From: Acidobacteriota bacterium
Lineage (GTDB): Bacteria > Acidobacteriota > Vicinamibacteria > Vicinamibacterales > UBA2999
Direction of reading: 5' to 3'
Assembly: GCA_023265015.1 (NCBI GenBank)
Contig: JAHFUO010000004.1
Span: 13,492 to 77,491 of the forward strand
Length of the DNA stretch: 64,000 nucleotides
The position numbers were made by a program, and so were the translations under genes. Each line of letters begins with the position of its first letter. The stretch's first letter is position 1. Below the pieces are notes generated by a model. That model ran no database searches. It had not been told where the DNA came from and saw only the letters and a list, made by a program, of their open reading frames with translations. Of this stretch, positions 1 to 8,340 are shown in pieces.

Positions 1-31
1 GGCCGCAGATCGGCGTCGCCAGCCGTCCCGC

Positions 32-310
32 GTGATTGAATCGACGCCTGGAGGCGTCATCCTCACCATCCGCGTCGTCCCGCGCGCCAGTAAACCAGGA
101 ATCGCCGGCATGCGCGACGGCGCGCTGCTCGTCCGGCTCAACGCTCCTCCCGTCGAAGGCGCCGCCAACTCAGAGCTGATCGAAGTCATCGCGGACGTGC
201 TTGATGTGCCGCGACGCTCAGTGACGATCGTCTCCGGCGAGCGTTCGCGGCTGAAACGCGTGTCCGTCAGCGGAATCAATCATCAGGATGCGGCGCGAGC
301 GCTGCTCTGA
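32..310 (+). CDS. DUF167 (YggU/UPF0235-like) family protein
   Basis: 92-aa ORF with GTG start. Pattern RVVPRASK...LLVRLNAPPVEGAANSELIEVIADVL...VTIVSGERSRLKRV is typical of DUF167. Confidence 0.7.
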   Translation: MIESTPGGVILTIRVVPRASKPGIAGMRDGALLVRLNAPPVEGAANSELIEVIADVLDVPRRSVTIVSGERSRLKRVSVSGINHQDAARALL

Positions 311-664
311 CTACGGCCTGGTCGGGCCGAGCCCCGCCATCGACAAGGCGTCAACCGAAAAGCGGAAGTTGATCGGGTAGATGTAGCTCGGAAAGACCTC
401 GACCGGTTGGGTGTATGAGGCTATTGCGACGGTGTGGAGGGCCTGGCGCTGCACGTCGATATCGCCTGCCTGGATCGGAAGGTTGAGCTCCTGTGCCTTC
501 GCCAGAATCTGGTTCTGAATCTCGCCGACCGACGCCTGGGCGCCGAAGGTCACGTACTGCTGTGCCGCGTCCTTCAACTCGTAGTAATTGGCCTCGGCCA
601 TGCCGGCGCGCGCGGCGCCGTTCAGAATCACTACCGCGATCGCGATCTTGATGATGTTTTTCAT
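311..664 (-). CDS. hypothetical exported protein
   Basis: 117-aa ORF with an N-terminal signal-like segment MKNIIKIAIAVVILNGAARA. No recognised domain. Confidence 0.5.
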   Translation of the reverse strand: MKNIIKIAIAVVILNGAARAGMAEANYYELKDAAQQYVTFGAQASVGEIQNQILAKAQELNLPIQAGDIDVQRQALHTVAIASYTQPVEVFPSYIYPINFRFSVDALSMAGLGPTRP

Positions 665-673
665 GAGTTTCCC

Positions 674-781
674 GGGCGGGTCTAAAGGCCCGCCCCTACA
701 TTGAAGATGTCGGTCCGTCGACCCGGAATCCGTAGGGACTCTGTAGGGACAGTGTAGGGACGGGTCATTAGACCCGTCCCC
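674..781. repeat. REP-like hairpin cluster
   Basis: Hairpin GGGCGGG/CCCGCCC (674-695). Three GTAGGGAC copies at 11-nt spacing (732-761). Hairpin GGGACGGGTC-ATTA-GACCCGTCCC (757-780). Confidence 0.8.
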
Positions 782-787
782 GGGTCG

Positions 788-1492
788 TCAATGGATCTGG
801 TGGAACAGGCGGCTCCAGCGGATGGTCGTGAAAAACCGCGCAAGCCCGCCCGACGGCTGCCCCTCCTCGGTGTCCTCGAACGACCAGTAGACGAACGCCG
901 CCTTCCCCTTCACGTACTCGCGCGGCAGGAAGCCCCAGTAGCGGCTGTCCTCGGAGTTGTCGCGGTTGTCGCCCATCATGAAGTAGTGACTGGCCGGCAC
1001 GGTGACCGGGCCGTAATGCACGCGGACGTCGAAGTCCTCTTCGGGCGTGTCGCCCGGCGGCGGAAACAGGAAGCGGACGTACGGCTCGTCGAGCGGCTTG
1101 CCGTTGACGTAGACCTTCTTGTTCCGAAGCTCGATCGTGTCGCCCGGCAGCCCGACCGTGCGCTTGATGAAGTCGCGCTCCGGATCCTCGGGATACTTGA
1201 AGACGATGACGTCGCCGCGCTTGATCGAATCGATCGGCAGCACCTTCTGCTCGATCGGGCTCAGCGTCGGGCCGAACACGAACTTGTTCACCAGCAGGTG
1301 GTCGCCGATGAGCAGGTTGTTCTCCATCGAGCCCGTCGGGATCTTGAACGCCTGGACGATGAAGGTGCGGACGAAGAGCGCCAGGATCACCGCGACGCAG
1401 ATCGACTCGAAGTACTCGCGCGCGGTCGACTTGCGGTAGCCGACCGCCGTCTCGGCTTCCGGTTGGCTGGTCGCGGGTCTGGTCATCTCCAT
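788..1492 (-). CDS. lepB: signal peptidase I
   Basis: Motifs TGSMENNLLIGD and GDNRDNSEDSRYWGF. ATG at 1492 (MEMTRP...). The 5' part of the 381-aa ORF-track version overlaps lepA and is rejected. Confidence 0.85.
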   Translation of the reverse strand: MEMTRPATSQPEAETAVGYRKSTAREYFESICVAVILALFVRTFIVQAFKIPTGSMENNLLIGDHLLVNKFVFGPTLSPIEQKVLPIDSIKRGDVIVFKYPEDPERDFIKRTVGLPGDTIELRNKKVYVNGKPLDEPYVRFLFPPPGDTPEEDFDVRVHYGPVTVPASHYFMMGDNRDNSEDSRYWGFLPREYVKGKAAFVYWSFEDTEEGQPSGGLARFFTTIRWSRLFHQIH

Positions 1493-1500
1493 AACTGTAG

Positions 1501-1560
1501 CAGGCAGCAGGCAGCGGGCAGTAAAGAACGTCCTGCCAGCTGCTCGCTGCCGGCTGCCGG
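1501..1560. repeat. inverted pair of heptamer arrays (hairpin) in the lepA-lepB spacer
   Basis: CAGGCAG CAGGCAG CGGGCAG, then loop taaagaacgtc, then CTGCCAG CTGCTCG CTGCCGG CTGCCGG. About 17 of 21 positions are complementary. Confidence 0.8.
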
Positions 1561-3366
<1,806 letters not shown>

Positions 3367-3394
3367 TCAGGGGCGACACGAAAGTATACCGTGC

Positions 3395-3436
3395 GGGGAT
3401 CGGGGATCGGGGATCGAGGATCGGGGATCAGGGATC
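3395..3436. repeat. tandem heptamer array (GGGGATC)x6
   Basis: GGGGATC GGGGATC GGGGATC GAGGATC GGGGATC AGGGATC, located between the vapC stop and the lepA start. Confidence 0.9.
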
Positions 3437-3441
3437 GGAGC

Positions 3442-3900
3442 TTAGCCGCCCGCCTGCGGCCGGCGCGGCGTTCGCCGCGTGCGACTCCGCGCTCCGGGCA
3501 GTACCTGCAAGCCCATCTGGCCAAAATGACGGTCGGTCGTGATCACGTGCGTCAATCGCATCTCGCGCATGACCACGAAGCTGGTGCAATCGGTGAACGA
3601 GAAATCCTTGTCACGGTATCGGAAGAAGAGATGGCGCGCCTTCTCGAAGCGGTCGCCGTCGATACGCTCCCATTGAAGTCGCGGGCTGCCATCCACCTGC
3701 TGCCACCAGGCCTCCGCCGCCTCGAGGCCGAGACGCACGCGGAGCAACGTAAGGGTTTCGTCGACGACGAAATCAGTGGTCACCAGCCTCTGGCCGGCTT
3801 CGAGCGCGGCGTCGCGCGCGGCGCAGCATCGGGCGTGCGTCGGATCGGCGCTGTCGGCACAGGCCATCCAGCCCGCCGTATCGACGAATAGCGCTTTCAC
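3442..3900 (-). CDS. vapC: PIN-domain toxin VapC
   Basis: Acidic PIN residues in FVDT, VVDET, FTDC and TTDRHF. Its GTG start overlaps the upstream antitoxin stop by 4 nt. Confidence 0.8.
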   Translation of the reverse strand: MKALFVDTAGWMACADSADPTHARCCAARDAALEAGQRLVTTDFVVDETLTLLRVRLGLEAAEAWWQQVDGSPRLQWERIDGDRFEKARHLFFRYRDKDFSFTDCTSFVVMREMRLTHVITTDRHFGQMGLQVLPGARSRTRRTPRRPQAGG

Positions 3901-4145
3901 CGGGGGTACAACACAGCGTCGTGATCCATCGCGGTCCGTCTGTCGCTCGACCGCCCAACAGGACGGGCGCAGTACAAGGGGTCGTCCACAAGCTCCCCGG
4001 AGAGATGTGCCTCGTCATTGACGGGGACGATCTGAAAGGCCGGCCGGCTGCGATAGATGACCGTAAAGCGGGCGCCTTTCCGCACACGCTCCACGACGTC
4101 GGGCAGCGTCGCGCGGAGCCGCTTGGCATTGATCGAGACGTTCAT
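3897..4145 (-). CDS. type II antitoxin (Phd/YefM- or VapB-like)
   Basis: 82-aa ORF directly upstream of the PIN gene and translationally coupled to it. The N-terminus (LRATLPDVVERVRKGARFTVIYRSRP) resembles Phd/YefM antitoxins. Confidence 0.7.
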   Translation of the reverse strand: MNVSINAKRLRATLPDVVERVRKGARFTVIYRSRPAFQIVPVNDEAHLSGELVDDPLYCARPVGRSSDRRTAMDHDAVLYPR

Positions 4146-4166
4146 GAGCCCCCCACCATCCTGAAA

Positions 4167-4184
4167 GGTTAACTCAAGTTAACC
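4167..4184. promoter_or_regulatory. candidate TA operator palindrome
   Basis: GGTTAAC-TCAA-GTTAACC lies 22 nt upstream of the antitoxin start on the minus strand. Confidence 0.4.
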
Positions 4185-4214
4185 ACGCATGGCCGACCGC
4201 GGTCAACCGGAACC

Positions 4215-4778
4215 CTACAGGCCTGGAATCAGCGCCGGCACGCGCCGGCGATACGCCTCCCACTCGTCGCCGAACGCGCCGCGCATCAGCTCTTCCTCCG
4301 CGCGTACGCGCATGAGCGTCCCCGCGAGGTACACCACGAGCGCGATCGCGACGCGCAGCGGCGTGGCGAACGTGAGGCCGAGCGCGAGCAGGAGCAGCGT
4401 CAGCGACGCGTAGATCGGATTGCGGACGACGGAGTACGGCCCGTGCGTCACCAGCTGATGCCCCTCAACGACCCGCGCCGCAAGACTCCACTGCTTGCCG
4501 AGCGTCCGCTGCGACCAGACGATGAACACGGCGCCCGCCACCGCGCATGCGGACGCAATCGCCGCGACCACTTCCGGCGCAGCGTGCCACCCCCCGACGA
4601 ACAGCTGGATCTGTCGCGGGCGGCCCGCGAACAGCGCGGCGAACCCGATACCCGCCACGATCATCCCGATCCGCGATTGCGTGGAGCGCTGCTCCACCGT
4701 CTTCCGCCGACGGAGCGGGATTCTGAACGCCACCGCGTAGACAACGATGACGATCGCGATCGCGACGTACGTGAGCAC
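4215..4778 (-). CDS. isoprenylcysteine carboxyl methyltransferase (ICMT/PEMT)-family membrane methyltransferase
   Basis: Multi-TM protein with C-terminal GPYSVVRNPIYASL...RVRAEEELMRGAFGDEWEAYRRRVP. GTG at 4778. The rest of the 574-aa ORF lies out of frame over citrate synthase and is rejected. Confidence 0.7.
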   Translation of the reverse strand: MLTYVAIAIVIVVYAVAFRIPLRRRKTVEQRSTQSRIGMIVAGIGFAALFAGRPRQIQLFVGGWHAAPEVVAAIASACAVAGAVFIVWSQRTLGKQWSLAARVVEGHQLVTHGPYSVVRNPIYASLTLLLLALGLTFATPLRVAIALVVYLAGTLMRVRAEEELMRGAFGDEWEAYRRRVPALIPGL

Positions 4779-4780
4779 GG

Positions 4781-5920
4781 TTAGCGCTGGTCGAGCGGTA
4801 TGAAGCGCTGCGGATACTCGGGCCCGGTGTAGTCGGCGCGGGGGCGAATCAGCCGGTTGTTCGCGTACTGCTCGAGCACGTGCGCCGTCCATCCCGACAT
4901 GCGGCTGACCGCGAAGATCGGCGTGTACAGATCGATCGGGATCCCCAGCGTGTAGTACGTGGAGGCCGAATAGAAGTCGACGTTCGCGTTGAGCTTCTTC
5001 TCGGATTTGACGAGCGCTTCGATGCGCTGCGACAGGTCGTACCACGACGTGTTGCCGGCGCGCTTGCCGAGCTCGAGCGACATCTGGCGCAGGTGCGTCG
5101 CGCGCGGATCCTCGGTGTGATACACGCGGTGACCGAAGCCCGGAATCTTTTCCTTGCGCGCGAACTTCGCGCGAATCGCCTCGTCGACGCGCTCGGCCGT
5201 GGCATGCTGGCCGAAGTCGAGCAGCATCTTCATCACTTCCGCGTTCGCCCCGCCATGAAGCGGCCCCTTCAACGCGCAGATCCCTGCGACGACCGCGGAG
5301 TACATGTCGGTGAGCGTCGCCGCGGCCACGCGCGCCGCGAACGTCGACGCGTTCAGCTCGTGGTCGGCGTGAAGGACCAGCGCACAATCGAACGCGCGGA
5401 TCGAGGTCGCGTTCGGGCGCTCTCCGGTGAGCAAGTAGAGGAAGTTCGCCGCGTGCCTCATCACCGGATCGGGCGCAATCGGACCGCCGCCGGCCCTCAA
5501 CCGGCCCCACGTCGCCACGACGGTTCCGGTCTGCGCGGTCAGGCGGACCGCCTTCCGGTACTGCGCCTGCGGCGAGCTGTCGTCTGCCTCCGCGTCGTAG
5601 TGGCCGAGGGCCGAGGTGATCGTGCGCAGCGCATCCATCCCGTTGACCGGCGGCAGCGAGCGCATCAGCCGGATGATCGACTCCGGCAATGGGCGCGCCG
5701 CGGCAAGCTGCGACTGCAGGTCGCCCAGCTCCGCCCGCGTCGGCAACCGGCGGTGCCACAGCAGGTAGCAGACTTCCTCGAACGTCGCCGACTTCGCCAG
5801 GTCGTGGATGTCGTGCCCGCAATAGGCGAGCACGCCGCGATCGCCATCCAGGTAACAGATCGCGGAGGACGTCGCGACGACGTCTTCGAGCCCACCCTTC
5901 GGTTTTTCTGCTGTGGTCAT
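4781..5920 (-). CDS. gltA: citrate synthase (or 2-methylcitrate synthase)
   Basis: 379 aa. Motifs LHADHELNAST, GPLHGGAN and GFGHRVY. Confidence 0.9.
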   Translation of the reverse strand: MTTAEKPKGGLEDVVATSSAICYLDGDRGVLAYCGHDIHDLAKSATFEEVCYLLWHRRLPTRAELGDLQSQLAAARPLPESIIRLMRSLPPVNGMDALRTITSALGHYDAEADDSSPQAQYRKAVRLTAQTGTVVATWGRLRAGGGPIAPDPVMRHAANFLYLLTGERPNATSIRAFDCALVLHADHELNASTFAARVAAATLTDMYSAVVAGICALKGPLHGGANAEVMKMLLDFGQHATAERVDEAIRAKFARKEKIPGFGHRVYHTEDPRATHLRQMSLELGKRAGNTSWYDLSQRIEALVKSEKKLNANVDFYSASTYYTLGIPIDLYTPIFAVSRMSGWTAHVLEQYANNRLIRPRADYTGPEYPQRFIPLDQR

Positions 5921-5955
5921 ACGGAAATCTTATAACCACGAAGCACGGCTAATTC

Positions 5956-7497
5956 TTACGCTTTTTCTTCCGTGGCCGGCTCCAGCACCACGCTGTCGCC
6001 CGCGTACTGCTGGACGATCGAGAGCAGCCCGGTGTAGAGGAAGCCGATCTGGAAGAGGACGAGGAACGGCAGCGTGCCGTAGATCCCGTTGGCGAGCGCG
6101 TAGAAGACGGTCGCCGTGAAGTACAGGCCGAGCGCGAGCTCGATCATCGGCTGGACGATGAAAGTCTGGCGATACTTCTTGCCGATCCATTCGTCGGCGC
6201 TGGCTTCGATGCGGTATTTCGGCGTGCGCGCGAACTCGCTCTGCTGGTTGAAGAGCGCCTCGAAGACGGCCTTGGTGTTGTTCACGGTCAGGCCGATGCC
6301 GATCGACATCAGGATCGGCAGGTACTTCGCGCGTGTGATCCAGTCGTCGTGCAGCTCGCGCTGGCAGACCATGTAGAAGTTCGCCACCGATGCCGTCGCC
6401 GCGAAGAACAGCGGCACGTCGATGAGCAGCATCTCGTACCAGCCCATGTTGTAGCGAATCACCATCGACGGCGCCATCAGCACCGACAGGACGCACATGA
6501 GCGGGTAGTTGAAGTTCGCCGACAGGTGGAAGAAGGCTTCCGCCTTCACGCGGAGCGGCAGGTTCGACCGCAGGATGCGCGGCAGCAGCTTGCGGCACGT
6601 CTGGATCGACCCCTTCGCCCACCGATGCTGCTGCGACTTGAACGCGTTCATCTCGACCGGCACTTCCGCCGGCGCGATCAGCCCAGGCAGGAAGATGAAA
6701 TTCCAGCCCCTGAGCTGCGCGCGGTAGCTGAGGTCGAGATCCTCGGTGAGCGTGTCGTGCTGCCAGCCGCCGGCATCGGTAATCGCCTCGCGGCGCCAGA
6801 TGCCCGCGGTGCCGTTGAAGTTGAAGAACAGGCCCGAGCGGTTGCGCCCGCCATGCTCGAGGACGAAGTGCGCGTCGAGCAGGATCGACTGCACCTTCGT
6901 GAGCAGCGAGTACTCCGAGTTGATGTGGCCCCACCTCGCCTGCACCATCGCGATCTTCGGATCGCCGAAGAACGGCACCGTGCGGCGGAGGAAGTCGGCG
7001 GTCGGGATGAAGTCGGCGTCGAAGATCGCGATGAACTCGCCTTTCGCCGCCTCGAGCCCCGCCTCGAGCGCGCCTGCCTTGTAGCCGGTGCGATCGGCGC
7101 GGTGCAGGTACGTGATGTCGATCCCCTGCGCCGCGTGGCGCCGGACCGCGCGCTCGGCCACGCTCGTCGTTTCGTCGGTCGAATCGTCCAGGACCTGAAT
7201 CTCGAGCAGCTCGCGCGGATAATCAATCTGGCAGACGGCGTCAATTAGCCGGTCGGCCACGTACATCTCGTTGTAGATCGGAAGCTGGATCGTGACGGCC
7301 GGCAGCTGCGCGAGCGGCGTCGCCAGCACCCCTCGACCATGCTCGGGGTGCCCTGAGCGCGAGTCGAAGGGCACCGGCACCTTGTCCTTGTTCTTCATGT
7401 ACAGATAGACCAGGTAATAGCGGTGCCATCCGTACACGGCCAGAATGACCAGGACGAAGAAATAGGTCCCGAGAACCAGCGTTTCAACAGGGCTCAT
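5956..7497 (-). CDS. family 2 glycosyltransferase, processive cellulose/glucomannan-synthase-like
   Basis: 513 aa. N- and C-terminal TM segments, DDSTD, FDADF and QQHRWAKG (the QxxRW motif). Confidence 0.8.
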   Translation of the reverse strand: MSPVETLVLGTYFFVLVILAVYGWHRYYLVYLYMKNKDKVPVPFDSRSGHPEHGRGVLATPLAQLPAVTIQLPIYNEMYVADRLIDAVCQIDYPRELLEIQVLDDSTDETTSVAERAVRRHAAQGIDITYLHRADRTGYKAGALEAGLEAAKGEFIAIFDADFIPTADFLRRTVPFFGDPKIAMVQARWGHINSEYSLLTKVQSILLDAHFVLEHGGRNRSGLFFNFNGTAGIWRREAITDAGGWQHDTLTEDLDLSYRAQLRGWNFIFLPGLIAPAEVPVEMNAFKSQQHRWAKGSIQTCRKLLPRILRSNLPLRVKAEAFFHLSANFNYPLMCVLSVLMAPSMVIRYNMGWYEMLLIDVPLFFAATASVANFYMVCQRELHDDWITRAKYLPILMSIGIGLTVNNTKAVFEALFNQQSEFARTPKYRIEASADEWIGKKYRQTFIVQPMIELALGLYFTATVFYALANGIYGTLPFLVLFQIGFLYTGLLSIVQQYAGDSVVLEPATEEKA

Positions 7498-7577
7498 AGG
7501 GGGAGGAAACTCTCAACCAACACAAGCGACAATTATACGGATACCGTCGAGTTCGGGAAAGCCACGAAAACGTAAAT

Positions 7578-8336
7578 ATGACCAGCGTGGAGCTACAAAA
7601 ACTGCTCGATTCGGTCCGCGCTGGGGCGATCGACCCGGCAACGGCCTCCGGCCGGATTGTCGAGGCGATGCGCGCGGCCCCGTTCGAGGATCTCGGGTTT
7701 GCGCGCGTCGACACCCACCGGGAGCTCCGCCAGGGGTTTCCCGAGGTGATTCTCGGCATCGGCAAGACGCCCGCACAGATCGCCGCCATCGCGTCGCGCA
7801 TCGTTGCGCGCGGCCACCCGCTGCTCGTCACGCGCGCGCAACCGGACGCGTACGACGCGGTCCGCGAGGTGGTGCCCGATGCGACCTATCACGTCGAGGC
7901 GCGCGCGATCACGTTGGTACAAGGCGAGATCCCGCGCGGGCGCGGGACCATTCTCATCGCGTGCGCGGGAACGTCGGACAGGCCAGTCGTCGAAGAGGCG
8001 GCTGTCACCGCCGAGCTGATGGGGAATACCGTCGACCGGCTGTGCGACGTCGGCGTTGCCGGCATCCATCGTTTGTTGAGCGAACAGAGCAGAATCCAAA
8101 GTGCCCGCGTCATCATCGTCGTGGCCGGAATGGAAGGCGCGCTCCCGAGCGTCGTCGCGGGCCTGGTGAAGGTGCCGGTGATCGCCGTTCCGACGAGTGT
8201 CGGCTACGGCGCGAGCTTCGGCGGCGTGGCCGCGCTTCTCGGAATGCTCAACAGCTGCGCCGATGGCGTGGCGGTGGTGAACATCGACAACGGATACGGC
8301 GCTGCCGCAATGGCCAGCTTGATCAATCATCTGTAA
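7578..8336 (+). CDS. larB: nickel-pincer cofactor biosynthesis protein LarB (AIR-carboxylase-like)
   Basis: 252 aa. AGTSDRPV...VAGMEGALPSVVAG...VIAVPTSVGYG pattern. Confidence 0.8.
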   Translation: MTSVELQKLLDSVRAGAIDPATASGRIVEAMRAAPFEDLGFARVDTHRELRQGFPEVILGIGKTPAQIAAIASRIVARGHPLLVTRAQPDAYDAVREVVPDATYHVEARAITLVQGEIPRGRGTILIACAGTSDRPVVEEAAVTAELMGNTVDRLCDVGVAGIHRLLSEQSRIQSARVIIVVAGMEGALPSVVAGLVKVPVIAVPTSVGYGASFGGVAALLGMLNSCADGVAVVNIDNGYGAAAMASLINHL

Positions 8337-8340
8337 TTCC

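Noticed and set aside
4779-5939. 5' part of the 574-aa ORF 4215-5939.
   Set aside because: It runs out of frame over the citrate synthase gene. Only the 3' 564 nt (4215-4778, GTG start) encode the ICMT-like membrane protein.
7578-8336. larB without adjacent larC, larE or larA.
   Set aside because: Lar genes are often dispersed, and this cannot be evaluated without the rest of the genome. The adjacency to mutS2 shows no sign of functional linkage.
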